Source: the human T2T-CHM13v2.0 reference genome, Homo sapiens
DNA length: 64,000 nt
NCBI RefSeq assembly: GCF_009914755.1
Contig: NC_060932.1
Direction: 5' to 3' (one strand)
Shown one piece after another: positions 42,836 through 62,240 of the stretch (the stretch's first letter is position 1; each line of letters starts with the position of its first letter). A program made the position numbers and the translations under genes. The notes under the pieces were generated by a model. That model worked only from the letters and a program-made list of their open reading frames with translations. It had not been told where the DNA came from and did not search any database.

Positions 42836-44199
42836 TTAACTCCAGCTTCTTTGGGTAAATGCCTTACTAGAGCAGTACAATCCTGAACAAACCAGCCCAA
42901 TAGCAAGAGCATGGTGCATGAGGCCCTCTCAGAACTGACTTGCCTTTATCTTTCAGAGACAGGGCAATGTCCCCCACGGTGATAAGGCCTGGATGAGCCA
43001 ATTACACCCCTACAGGCCCTGAAAACCCACTATGGACAAATGAAGATGAATAGCACAACTATGAACCCACAGGAAGAGGACAAAAAAATCACCTACTACT
43101 TCTTGCCTGCTTCAGATTTATCTGTATTAAAGAAATTTACTGTATGTAAATACAAAACAATCAAATACATACACAAGGACAGTATTTTAGCTCATTCATT
43201 TCATAAGTCATAGAAAACAATGTTTTTATTGTTTTTATGAAGTACGAATTGCTGCTTCTTAGCAAGCTGACATCTGCTCAATCCAACTAGAGAAAGTGGC
43301 TATGCATGTTTCCTTAAAGAGCAGTAGTTTGTAGCTCTATTTTTCAACAAAAAGAAGTTGAATCAGTAAATCTGCAACTGTCCAACATAAATGGGTCATA
43401 AATTTAACTAGAAATCCTTCCTCAAAGGGGGAAGGAAAACTGTTAAAAATATGAGACATGAAATAGCGGCCAAAGCTTTAAAAAACACTTGGCCCAGCAA
43501 CACCAACTCTATTAACTGGCCACACCTATGTTTACTAATTCATATTGTGAAAAAGTTGGCATCTCTATTCCTGAATTTTGCCCCACAAAACTTGGTTTTC
43601 ACATTTTTTCTACTATGAGCAAACACTGGTTTTATCATTAGGTAGCAGCTCCAACTCCTATCACTAAATACAATATACTGCACATCATGATTGGAATGAT
43701 GGCAACTACAAGATACACTGCAATTTGGCCAACTGTGTCCATTCACACTTCATCTCTCTCTGCCTATCCGCTTTTCCATATGCTTTTTCTGCCGAGTTTC
43801 TTTTCCTTTTTATGATCATTTTTCATTTTGTTCTTACTTCATATTAAATTACATTTGTGACACATCTAGTTAATCCTGGAAGTTTCCAGATGTCAATAAA
43901 AACAAAACAAAGACCTTCCCCAGCCAACTTCCACTTTTAGAATCCTCTGCCTTCATTTTCCTCAGTGTTGGAAGCACAATGAAGGTGAAGCAATATAACC
44001 CACAAGTCTGATCAGCTGGTTCCAACAGGGAGGTTGCTCCAAAGAGCTTAAACAAGGGGTCAAATGAAATGGATCCATTTCCTCTCAACACCATTCAAAG
44101 AAACAGAGTAACATACAACTCTACAATATAAAGGGCTGGTGGGAATAATTCTACTTATTGTTTCCTCTAGACTAGATAGAAATAGATCCAGAACAGTAA

Positions 44200-44518
<319 letters not shown>

Positions 44519-44528
44519 TAACAGTACC

Positions 44529-47680
<3,152 letters not shown>

Positions 47681-49162
47681 AAAATGTGTTTGGTTTAGAT
47701 TCTTGTTGGAAGTAGGTTGGTATAAACACATATATAATTACAATTTACATGCAGACATTCAGCAACATATTATGAAATTTCTAATCTAGAAAAAATAAAT
47801 TGCAAAAATGACTGAGAAGAGAAAATGGAGCCATGTTATACAACCACCTAATTAAAAGATTACCTCTTCTCACCAAAGTAAATGAATTATCAAAGCTATT
47901 CCAGAAATGCAAAATGTAATAAGCAGTCATACAAGCCAGAAAAACAGTAAAAAACAGTAGGTGCACAGATGGTTAGATGGAAAGGTGGATGGACGGAAGG
48001 ATGGAAAGAATGGCTAGAGAAGGGTGAGTAAAGGGAGCGGGAAAAAGGAGTCGGCGGGGAGTATGGGGGAAGAGAGGGAGGGGAAGCAAGAAAGGATAGA
48101 TTTTAGGGAGTAGGGATAGCATAATAAGAAAGTTGATGTTTTGGGGTAAAAACCTTCAGAAACCAGTATCAACTTGGCTGGTTTCACTGTGAACATCATA
48201 ACCTTGAACTTAGAGCACAGACTTAGGCACTCCCTCCCCTTCTCACTTTGGTACATATAGGCTGCCCTTAATTTCCTATTACACTAAATTATTACTATAA
48301 TAAAATGTTTTCATAACTTGAATTCATTCTAGTCCAGTCAGATAAAGGGGGCATGCATGATCTGTATCTTTTTGGTCTGTGTCCAATTCACTACTAACAG
48401 AGAACCTGGCACATAACACACAAGTGCCACATAAACGTACTTCGAAATACCCAACTGGGCTCTCTCACCCTCCCATGACCTGCAGGAACTGCCCGTTCTC
48501 CCTTCCTGGGACAGGACCATGCTTCTCCTTGCTCTTTGCACTTTACATAAACTAACTTATTTAATTCTCATAACAAACCCATAATGTAAAAAGTATTACT
48601 ATATCTATCTATATGAGAAAACCAAGGCAGAGAGAAGTTAAAGAACTTGATCAAGATCACACAACTAGACAGTGGTAGGATTAGGATAGGAAATCCAGCA
48701 GTTTGACTTCAGAGTCCACACTCTTTGTAATCATTCTGTGCAGCCTCCTGTGATTTCCCAATGCCTCCTGTGCTATTGTGTAGCTATTACGTATGTATGT
48801 ATGGAAACCTATTATGGTACTTATTCAAACAAATTAACATTATTTTTCTTCTTCCTATAAAATCTCTCACCCTAACATCTAACAAAAGGCCTAACACATG
48901 GCACATATTTAATCAAGGTTTCTAAAGTAATAATGACTGAATGACCCTTACTTCTGTCTTTATGGAACTTTCAAGATGCCTATAATTTTCAATTATGCTT
49001 TTATATTAGTTTTGACATTTAATTCAAGAATAATTTTGGGAAATATGTGTATTTTACAGTCACCTCAAATATTTTCAGTTCAATACTATACCACAAAACC
49101 TTAAAGAAAAGAGAACATCCTATCATTAAAATAATTTTATTGGCTTACAAAAGGGTAAAACT

Positions 49163-49457
49163 GCCAGGCACGGTGGTCACGCCTGTAATCTCAGCACTTT
49201 GGGAGGCCGAGGAGGGTGGATCACCTGAGGTCAGGAGTTCAAGACCAGCCTGGCCAACATGGTGAAACCCATCTCTACTAAAAATATAAAAAATTAGCTG
49301 GATGTGGTGGCAGGTGCCTGTAATCCCAGCTACTCAGGAGGCTGAGGCAGCAGAATTGCTTGAACACAGGAGGCAGAGGTTGCAATGAGCCGAGATCACA
49401 CCACTATACTCCAACCTGGGCAACAAGAGCGAAACTCCATCACAAAAAAAAAAAAAA
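49163..49457 (+). mobile_element. AluS
   Basis: Alu dimer + A tail. Confidence 0.92.
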
Positions 49458-52386
49458 GGTAAAATTTTGAAGAACTGGTTGTTCCTCTAAATGGATGCTG
49501 GGAAAGTAGGTACTAATCCAGTTCCTTTACCAACAGAATTAAGCTTGTACCCTAACAAAAGACAAAATGAAAATTACTATGGACACTAACAACCATACTT
49601 AATATTTAAGAGTATTGTATTAGGTCATTTCTGAAATTAAACTAGGATGCATATTTTGATTGCCCCCACTCCTAAAAAAGCTACTCCTTCCCGTATAAAA
49701 AAAAAACTTCATTGCTGCATCTGCCATTTACAAGACATTTGAAATAAGCAAAGACATGAAGTTTCCTTCTCCATAAAAATGAATGGATCAGAGGCAAGCC
49801 AATTCCAAGTTTACTATTGTGTACAAAATTGAGACTATCCTTTAGCAGCCTGGTATGTCAAGAACGTAGAAATAACACTTTCAGTCAAAATAATGCAAGT
49901 TACCAAGATTTTTTTTAAAAAGCAAACCCCAATCAAGATTATAAGGAAAGTCACATTTTAAGAATATTACTTTGGATGACTAATCACCACCTGTCTCCTG
50001 CACTAAACCTCACAAGTTTCATAAGACAGGCTCAATATCCGATCTTGTGATTAATATAGCCCCCATAAGTAGCAAGGTACTAGGCAATTAGCAGCAATGT
50101 CTGTGGCATGGAGGAGATAAAATGATAGATGCATGCTCTGCAACTGCTCTGGTTTTCCAGTGTTAGCCTTAGCATGACATTCAAACTGTCTTGAGCTAGG
50201 AATTCCTAATGGACCCCTCATTAGACAAGCCCCTACTCTTGGCAGACCACTCTCATCTGGTGCTGGTACCTCTTCTCACCAATGGTAAATACCAAGTGCA
50301 TCCTGACACCCTATCTCCCTGCATTCTCCACCTACCTCTCTATTCCCTATCAAGCCTTCCCCCAAAACCTTTTGCTCCTCAGGAATCACTACCCCTAACT
50401 AATTTTGAGAAACCAATATAAGTCTCACATATTACCAGTTTCTTCACATGGTATTTATCCTGCGCCCCTGTATAATACTTTGTTTTCCTAAAGTTACATA
50501 AAAACAAGGTCTTCTTTCCCTTTAATAGCTCTCTACATTCTCTTGTAGCATTCAGCCCTGCAAACAAGCACCTAATGGTATTTACTGATCACTATGATAA
50601 TGCTTAACAGTTTAATTAAAGGCTTAAGCTGTTTTCTTTCCCAGAATTCAAGTATGAATTTCTAGATTTCCATCATGTGCTAGTAAAAAGAGTTTTTTCC
50701 ATGTTGCTATTTTAAATTTGGTATTTAATGGAAAAAAGAATATAGGTAGGATATACTTTGTTTCACATACCGCTCTTCTTCCATTCACTCGGTGGCTAAA
50801 CAAACCAAGGAATAATGCACTAAAAGTCTATACAGTGCCAAGATTTCATGATGCACTTACAACTGTCTCTAAAAACAAGGTATACTTAAAAACATATCTA
50901 TCATATTTTTAGCCAGGCCAACAACGGCTAGCTAAATCTAACAGAGGGTACAATGGCTAGGCTTGCTAAACTTACACTATTCAGAAATACTTTCATTAAT
51001 CAAAAATAATACATGACAAACCTAGATTAATAATACGTGGTGGCCCTATTAAAACATAATTCAGGAGTCTCTTTTACTTCCTGCAAATATGAAATAGACA
51101 CAACTCTAACATGATCCAGACAAGAGAAATAGGAAACGGTAATTGATGTACAAAAAGAAAAAAAAAGTAAAAGCCCAATGGTTTAAATCAGTCCCTACCA
51201 TATGAAGTAAAAGTAGAACTTGGGACATTTCTAGTTTTAGGGAAATAAGTAAAAGAATGCAATTCAGGGAAAGTTTGGCAGTTGCCAAAGAAAACAGAAT
51301 AACCTTTTGCTTCCAAAGAGACTGATTAAAATTCATGTTCCTTCTTGCATTCAAACTTGCCACATGAGCTGAATGCAGAGGAAAATAAATGAACTACAAC
51401 AAGACTCACAGTAACCATGGAAACGTAAATTTGGAAAGTTAAATAATATTCGCCTTCAATATCCCGGATTCAAGTTCTAAATCAAAGAAAGAAAAGAAAT
51501 CCATATCAGGCTCTCTTTATCTGCTAGTGGGGCCCCAAAGTTCCCATCTTCTTTTAGTTTATTTCTGCTTTAGAAAATTTCCTACCCAAATGGTTCTGGA
51601 AATAAGAAGAAACAGACGCAGTAAAAAACAAGCGAAAAACATGGGTTCCAATAGGAGCCTCTGAAGATGAACTATCAATTACATACATACCATCAACAGG
51701 ATACATCAACTCTGTTTCACTTATGGCAGTGATGGATTTTTAAAGATTCAAATCAATTACCAAATCCTAGATGCTTTCTAGAATCCAGTCATTGCACTAT
51801 TCCTCAGGATACAGAGCATAACTCCCCTAGCCCATTCCTGTTCAGTCAGCTTTGTCTCCCACAGCATTCACCGCAAAGAATCTGTCAGAACTCACTGCCA
51901 TTAAATGGCATAGTTAACTAATCAAAGAACACAGATCCCTAATCTTGTCATGATATACATGCTGTATCAATGACTAAAAACATGCCCTGCAGAAACTGGT
52001 GTCCACCTGACTTTAGAAATTTGACAAAACAAATTTCTACCAAGGAATGTAACACCACTTACTGGAGTAATTATTACCAGAAAAGAAGTACTGGAATAGC
52101 ATGCTGATGTGTTATCTAGAACTAACATCCTAATTTCTCTGATTTACTTTATCAAGTAGTAAGATACGTTGCACCACTGAATACATCTCACTGAGATGAC
52201 TCATGGAGTGCCAAATAAAGATATATTCTATCTATATTTTAAAACAAAACAAAAATATTGTTTTATATATTTGTGTTTTTCCTTGAGTGATAGTACAAAA
52301 ACCAGAATAAATAAAATGGAAACCTTAGAGGGAGGGGTTGTCAGGGATCCATTTAAATGGAAGCAGTGTGAATTTTTTCCAAATAC

Positions 52387-52598
52387 CTTATCAGGCCACC
52401 ACTGCAAATCTTCTCCTAGAGATACTGGACTTTGAACAGGTGTATTCTTCTTATCCAAGTTTGGCTCTCCTTCCTTGCTGGTAGAACCCCTTTCATTATC
52501 AAATGAGGCTCCATCAAGCCACCTTCGTTCACGTAAACGTAAAACGGATTCACGTTCACGCAACAGCTCAGAGTCTCTCTCTAAGGGAAGAAGGAGAA
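52387..52598 (-). CDS. UBR5: UBR5 exon ~9 (212 nt; VLLLPLERDSELL...WWPDK); alternative start at 52580
   Basis: ccag| (or ttag| 18 nt downstream) and AAG|gtattt; ORF 52228..52563. Confidence 0.94.
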
Positions 52599-53440
52599 CT
52601 GGTATGCAATTGGGTCACACCAGTGGGATAAAAGTAAGCCACTCTCTAGTAAAGACCCTTCAGGATGCAACTAACAGCAGTTTATCTACTCATAAAAATT
52701 TATGTAAATGTATATCTAATAAGGCTGACATGCAACATTCAAAACATCAACCCTTTCAAGTGAATGTATAAAAATTATAACTAGTATTTTAAAAAATTAG
52801 AGGCAGACTTTTGTATATTTCAACTACATGGTTTTAGAGTGGAACTGCTTTATTTTGAAGTATATTTGGTTCTTTTTTAAAGAATTTTAAATTGTTGGCT
52901 TTCATTAGAAATGCGTACTATAAATTCAATTTACATATCAGAAAATATACACTCCTCGTTTGTCTACTGGTGGGTTTAAAAAGCACATAAATTTAGAACT
53001 TCAACATGTTACGTATATAAGCAAACTCGAAAAATGCACACATAGAAAAAACCCTAAAAAGGGTAAACTATGAATCCATTAATATAAGCTAATTATAAAG
53101 TTTTTAAAAATCCAAGCCCTTGTTTAGAGTAATTTTTATAGGATGAATTTTTATGAATAAGTCTTAAATTTTACTGAGGAACCAGACAGGCTTTTTTTTA
53201 AAAATAATCTTTATAAAATGATTTCCTTACCAAAATGCTTCCCATGGCTATTGGCCTACAAACTATCTAAAGCCAGTTTTTCTGAAGTTGCTCATACATT
53301 ACTTTTTAAAGAACGTAATCCAAATAAACTCTCTAAGACTAGGATAAATAAGGATTAGAAACAATAAATTGAACTATACAAAATTACCATATATAGGTCA
53401 AAAGTGGTCAAGTATTAGCTATTCCATATGGTTCAAACTA

Positions 53441-53775
<335 letters not shown>

Positions 53776-54165
53776 GGGGGGGGTGGGCAGGGGGGAGAAC
53801 ATGGGAAGAGACCTTTAAAGGAGTTATTTATGTTAGATATGGAATATTTGAAAATATATTACTTGACACATTTAAGGCAGTAAAGTATGCATTTATTTTT
53901 AAATTCATAACACTATTACATAGTGCATTCAATATATTAAAAGATCACCACAGATCTGTTATTTTAAAACTTTATTCCTAAGTACTAAAAGTATATGCAG
54001 CAAGCTCTTAATATAACATGACACACTGTCCAGTTTAAAGATCAGTAAATACAGCCAATTTCTGTTATCTGAATCAAGTAGTTTTACATTCTGGAAAGTA
54101 AAAATATTGACAATTATAATGTAAACAAGCCATACACAAACATATACAGAGAAAGGCAGGATTAA

Positions 54166-54853
<688 letters not shown>

Positions 54854-55309
54854 GGCATTCTAATAAACTAAACATTTCTATTCATTTAATATTGGTCCTA
54901 AATCCATTCTAGTAAGTTTTTTCACATTTCATTATTTTATCTAACCAGGATTTAAAATAAACAGATCACTTATTTTAACCAAATAAACTAAGACTTGTTT
55001 TCTGAATGCTGCATGTCACTGTAAAGTAGAATTCTGCTTTTAGTTCAGAATCCATATTCCTAATTAAAAATACATTTAGGTGAAGTCATAGTCCTTGACA
55101 TCAATTCCACAACGTAAATAGGATCAACTCTAAAATACTATTGTGGCTCTTCAAAATAAAAAATAATTAATTTTAATGCTAATGCATTCATAAAAAACTA
55201 ATAATAACTGTAATATTAGAAGTTCAAATACAGTCAGTAGATTCTACCACTATCTTTCCATACAGCTAGCCTGTGACCAAAATAAATATATAAATAAATG
55301 CAAAATTAC

Positions 55310-55459
55310 CTCGAGATGAGCCTAGCCTGGAAAGTGATGAACGACGAAAAGAAGGGTAACCAAAATAGCTAATGTCTTCAGAAAACATGGCATCTGCATC
55401 AATAATGACACTTGGGTGGGCAGAATGAATGTCGGCATCAAGGAGAGACATAAGATCCT
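55310..55459 (-). CDS. UBR5: UBR5 exon ~8 (150 nt; EDLMSLLDADIH...LGSSR)
   Basis: tttatag| and GAG|gtaatt; ORF 55266..55475. Confidence 0.96.
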
Positions 55460-55694
55460 CTATAAACAGAAACAAACATCACTGCAGCATACACACAAAG
55501 AGCAACTGTAGACTGCTGAAAGAGCTCTAAAAATTCACATACATTTAAAAACTAGGGAATGACATCGCCTGAGGAAAAACACAACAACCTACATTATTAA
55601 CAAAGATTTTAAAGAACATCAAATGCATAAATGTCGCCTGAGCTACTTACTACATAATCACAAGAAAGATCACTCGTTAAGATATAACACTTGT

Positions 55695-56015
<321 letters not shown>

Positions 56016-56149
56016 TCAAGCAACTCTACAGTGAAAAATATCTACCACCTTGAAAAGAATATTCAGAAAAGTCTATTGTGCTTTAAATTCCACTCCCCAG
56101 TCGAAAGAGCACTCCAGAAATGAGAAAAACATGACGGTGATCCACCAAC

Positions 56150-56309
56150 CTCCAGGCAAATAAGATTCGCTGGCTGTATCATCCCCATCATCTCCATCTT
56201 CATCATCCCGGCTAAGTAAATTATTTACAGCAAGGTTCACATCAAGATTTGTTCTCTGAAGTTCTCGAATAATGACACTTCTGGATTTGCCTTGTAAAAC
56301 AACTTGGGC
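56150..56309 (-). CDS. UBR5: UBR5 exon ~7 (160 nt; [32 protein letters not shown]..., UBA domain)
   Basis: tttcag| acceptor, GAG|gttggt donor; manual translation. Confidence 0.96.
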
Positions 56310-56382
56310 CTGAAATAAAAAATAAAAAGAAGTGCTATGGTAATTTTCTTTTGATTAAATTCTTTATCAAAATCAGCTTTCT

Positions 56383-56689
<307 letters not shown>

Positions 56690-56816
56690 CTAGGATCAAA
56701 ATAGGAAAACAGTTGTTTCAGAACTCATGATATGAGTCATGACTACAACCCACCATATTCAGTAAAACCTCACCTTGTCCTGTTGTCTGACATTAAGTGT
56801 TCTACGAGATCCATAC

Positions 56817-57006
56817 CTGTGAAATCAGCTCCTCTGGAATGACAGATGCTGGAATAACTGGCTGGGGCTGACTGCCCAAAAGCCCAGACCCTCGATCCCG
56901 TCCTGTCCGAATAACTCGAGTCTGCCGGCGGGAATCTCGAGCTCCAGCTGATGACCTACCAGAGGATCCTCCACCACTTCCACCCACTCCAGAACTCCAG
57001 CGGCTT
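56817..57006 (-). CDS. UBR5: UBR5 exon ~6 (190 nt; SRWSSGVGG...PEELISQ, start of UBA domain)
   Basis: tttag| acceptor, CAG|gtatgg donor; ORF 56802..56987. Confidence 0.96.
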
Positions 57007-57182
57007 CTAAATATTGGAGAATTTATAAAATTAGCATTTTAAACAATCATTCTGATTGCTTGGTTTTCATTATTATTATTTTCAGCTAAGATAAAGTTAT
57101 CTGTCTAATTGACATAACATGTTACATAGTGTTGTGACAAAAGAATAAGGTAATAGAACTGAGCTTTAAAATAATAATACTG

Positions 57183-57797
57183 TTTTTTAAAGAAATGGGG
57201 TCTTGCTATGTCACCCAGGCTGGAGAGCACTGGTTATTCACAAGTACAAAGTACACTACAGCCCAGAACTCCTGGGCTGAAGTGATCCTCCTGCCTCAGC
57301 CTCCCTAGTAGCTGGGGATTATAGGCACGCACTACCATACCTGACAAGTGTCCCAATTTTTTTGTGTTTTTGAGATGAGGTCTTGCTATGTTGCCCAGGC
57401 TAGTCTCAAAACTCCCGGGCTCAATCTTCCTGTCTCAGCCTCCTGAGCAGCTAGGATTACAGGTGTGTACTACCATGCCCAATTCCAATTTTTTAATGCT
57501 TAAATATAACTTCACTTTTTATAAAGATAAACATCACACTTTTGGATCCTTAAAAAAACTTTTTTTTTTGAGACAGGGTCTCCCTCTGTCGCCCAAGCTG
57601 GGGTTGCAGTAGCACGATCTCGGCTCACTGCAACCTCCGCCTCTGCCTCCTGCGTAGCTGGGATTACAGGTGAGGGCCACCATAGCCTGGCTAATTTTCA
57701 TATTTTTAGTAGAGATGGGTTTTCACCATATTGGTCAGGCTAGTCTCGAACTCCCAACCTCAGGTGATCCACCCACCGTGGCCTCCCAAAGCGCTGC
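57183..57797 (-). mobile_element. Cluster of three minus-strand Alu/FLAM pieces
   Basis: Three successive T-tract plus reverse-complement Alu segments. Confidence 0.8.
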
Positions 57798-57857
57798 GAA
57801 AATAATTTTTTAAAGCCACCTATGTATTTCTAATCACAACTATAAAATGAACACATT

Positions 57858-58165
<308 letters not shown>

Positions 58166-59150
58166 ATGAAATAAAATGAACACATCTTGCCTTTGCATGA
58201 AAGACCTATCAGACTTAACTACCAACACTGTTACACAAAAAGTAAAATTCAGAGTTTAGAATTCAAAGTGCTTCACATGAAATAAACATTCATTTGCTGA
58301 GATAGTACTGCATTAATATTCAGCACTATCAACCACCTTGTCCAAGAGAAAGCTGCTATTTAAATAAGTTAATTTTTTCTTATGAGAAAACAACTTAGAA
58401 AGGGCATGACATCTACATCTTCTCTTACTGTCCAAACATGAACATCAAGAAGATTAAATCAAGTCATCTAGATAACCATGATTGCCTTCTGTACTTAATC
58501 ACATCTTAAAGAAAATGGTCACACAAGTCACTTCAGCTTTTTAAATTAGGGCAGTGTCTTTTCTCTTCAAAATGAATCTAATAATTGGAGATCATATGAC
58601 CTAGAGAGAGGTATTTTACTCTCAGTTCCTACCGTACTCGCCTAAGGCTGAAACCTTCAAACTCCCAATGCAAACAGATTTCATTTCAATTTGATTTTCC
58701 AAACCATTTCCCCCCTTAAAAAGTTTGGAATACATTAACCAATAATGATTCTCAAATCAATATACATCAAATTTCCATGGTTTCTCCTCTCACTTGACTG
58801 GAAAGCCCAATCTCTGGCTAAATAAAAAACTGTTTAAATAGTTTCCTCAGTAAAATGAAAAAATAAACCTAGAAAAGCTGTTGTCATCCTTTTGACGAGC
58901 TTCTGTACTTGCTGATGCACACTACCAATTCATGTTTATGCAGTATCTGTATCTATAGCCTAAGAACTGCCCAAGATAACTTTGGAGAAAAGCAATATAA
59001 TGCATCCTCAAGGCTGCAGTATGAAACAGCATTTATTTCAGCTAGTAAATGTCATGTTTAAATAACTATTCATAGGCCAGATGAAAAACAAAGGGGCTTC
59101 ATTAAAAGCACATTACATCAACAAAAAAAGGAAATTAAAAAAACAATCCA

Positions 59151-59550
<400 letters not shown>

Positions 59551-59559
59551 CCCCACTTA

Positions 59560-61615
59560 ACAGTAGCGTCAAAAAAAAACAAACTACTTAGGAATAAAAC
59601 CTAAGACTTATACACTGAAAAGTAAAAAACACTGCTGAAAGAAATTTAAAGATGACACAGATAAGAAAAGTATCTTGGGTTCATGAATTGAAAGACCGAA
59701 TATTGCTAAGAGGTCTACCCTACCCAAAGCATTCAACACAATCCCTATCAAAATCCCAATGGCTTTTCTTCTTTAACAAATAAAAAAATTGGCTGGGCAT
59801 AGTGGCTCATGTCTGTAATCCCAGCACTTTGGCAAGCAAAGGCGGGAGGATCGCTGGAGGCCAAGGCGGGAGGATCACTTGAGCCCAGGAGTTCTGGAAC
59901 AGCCCTGGCAACACATTGAGACCTGTCTCTACAAAAAAAATCAAAACATTAGCCAGGCATGGTGGAACGTGTCAATGGTCTCAGCTATGCAGGAGACTGA
60001 GGCAGGCAGAAAGCTTGAGCCCAATAGGTCAAGGCTTCAGTGAGCCATCCATGTTTGTGCCACTGCACTCCAGCCTGGGTAACAGAGCAAAACCCTGTCT
60101 TAAAAACAAAACAAAACAAAAAAAGAATTGAAAAGTTTGTCCCTAAATATTCACATGGAATCTGAGGCAAGCCCAGACAGCCAAAACAGTTTGGAAAAAG
60201 AACAAAGTTGAAGGATTCACACTTCACAATTTCAAAGCATATAACAAAGCTGAAGTATTTAAAACAGTATGGGTATGGGCATAACGACAAAAAAGACCAA
60301 TGAAACAAAATGGAACCCAGAAATAAACCCTCCTATATATCGCCAAATTATCTTACACAGGTGATAAGACCACTTAGGGGAAAAAAAAATAGTCTCTTCA
60401 ACAAGTGGTGCTGGGAAAAGTGGATATCCACATGCAAAAGAATGAAGTTGAACCCTTATCTTACATTATATACAAAAATTAACAAAAAATGAATTAAAGA
60501 CCTAAAACGATAAAACTCCTAGAAGGAAACATAAGGGAAAAGCTTCATGGACTTGGTGATTATTGCTTAGATATGATGCCAAAAAAACACAGGCAACAAA
60601 AGCAAAAATAAACAAACAGCACATCAAACTTTAAAACTCTGTGTATCAAAGGACACAATCAACAGACAACCTACAGAATGAGAGAAAATATTTGCAAATC
60701 ATATATCTGATAAGAGGATAATATCCAGAATATATAAATAACTCCTACAACTCAACCAAAAAAAAATTAAATAGCCTAATTAAAAAATGGGCAAAGGACG
60801 TGAAATGATATTTCTCCAAACGTGATATATAAATGGCCAACAAGCAAATGAAAAGATGTTTAACACCATTAATCATCAGAGAAATCCAAACCAAACTACA
60901 ACAAGAGATTAACTAATGCTGATTAGGATGGCTACTATCAAGAAAAAAAAAATTACAAGTGTTGCGAGTATGTGTAGAAACTGGAACCCATGTGCACTGT
61001 TGGTGGGATTGTAAAACGGAACAACCACTTTCGGAAAACAATATGGAGATTCCTCAAAACATTAAAAGAACTACCATATGATCCAGCAATTGCATGTCTG
61101 GTATATATTCGAAAGAATTGAAACCAGGGTCTTAAAGAGATACTTGCAAACCCATGTTCAAAGCAGCATCATTCACAATTGCCAAGTGGTAGAAGCTACC
61201 CAAATGTCCAACAAAAGGTGATACATACATACAATAGAATATTATTCAGCTTTTAAAAGGAAATCCTATCACATGCTACAACATGGATGAACTTTCAAAA
61301 CATTATGATAACTGAAATAAGCCTGTCACACACACACACACAAAAAAAACCTCAGTGGTTCCACTTATATGAGGCATCTTAAATAGACATTCACAGAAAC
61401 AAAGTAGAATTGGTGGCTGCCAGGGACTAGAGGGAGAGAAAAAAAGAGCTCTTGTTATTTAACGGGTATAAAGTTCCAACTTCACAAGATGAAAAAGTTC
61501 TAGAAAGCTGTTTCACAACAACAGTGTGGACATACTTAACACTACTAAACTGTATATACTTAAAAATGCTTATAATGGTAAATTTTATGGTTTTACAATT
61601 AAATTTTAAATTCAC
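59560..61615 (+). mobile_element. L1M(A/B) 3' part, interrupted by an AluJ (59791-60125)
   Basis: ORF 60310..60492 [24 protein letters not shown] is ORF2p-like; L1M 3'UTR. Confidence 0.85.
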
Positions 61616-61759
61616 TTAAAACTGAAGTTGTATTAAAGTACTACTCTAGAAAGTAGACATGTTTTCTTTTCAAGTTATATATTAAAACAATTATGCATCA
61701 GAAAACAACAAAGAACGAATGAAACACAAATAGGGAATAAAATCAACTACTAATCAACT

Positions 61760-62240
61760 ACTTGTGCGCCTACAGTCCCAGCTACTTAGAAGGCTGAGGC
61801 AGGAGGACTGCTTGAGCCCAGGAAATTGAGGCTGTGGTGAGCTATCAACACACTACTGCACTACAGGCTGGGTGGCAGAGTGAGACTCTGTCTCTAAAAT
61901 AAGTTTTTAAATTGTTTTTAAAATTAAAAATCAACTATTGGCTGGGTGTGGTGGCTCACACCTGTAATCCCAGCACTTTGGGAGGCTGAGATGGGCGGAT
62001 CACTTGAGGTCAGGAGTTCGGGACCAGCCTAGCCTACCTGGTGAAACCCCAGCTCTACGAAAAATATAAAAATTAGCCAGGCTTGGTGGTGGGTGCCTGT
62101 AGTCTCAGCTACTTGGGGGGACTGAGGCAGGAGAATCACTTGAACCCAGGAGGCAGAGGTTGCAGTGAGCCAAGATCGCACCACTGCACTCCAGCCTGGG
62201 TGACAGAGTGAGACTCTGTCTCCAACAACAACAACAAAAA
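61760..62240 (+). mobile_element. Alu right-arm fragment plus AluS
   Basis: Alu sequence at 61760-61900 and 61939-62240. Confidence 0.88.

Noticed and set aside
58632-58646. Possible in-frame 9/15-nt microexon (tttcag|ccttag|GCGAGTACG|gtagga)
   Set aside because: Upstream region is purine-rich with no adequate pyrimidine tract, the donor is moderate, and there is no independent support.
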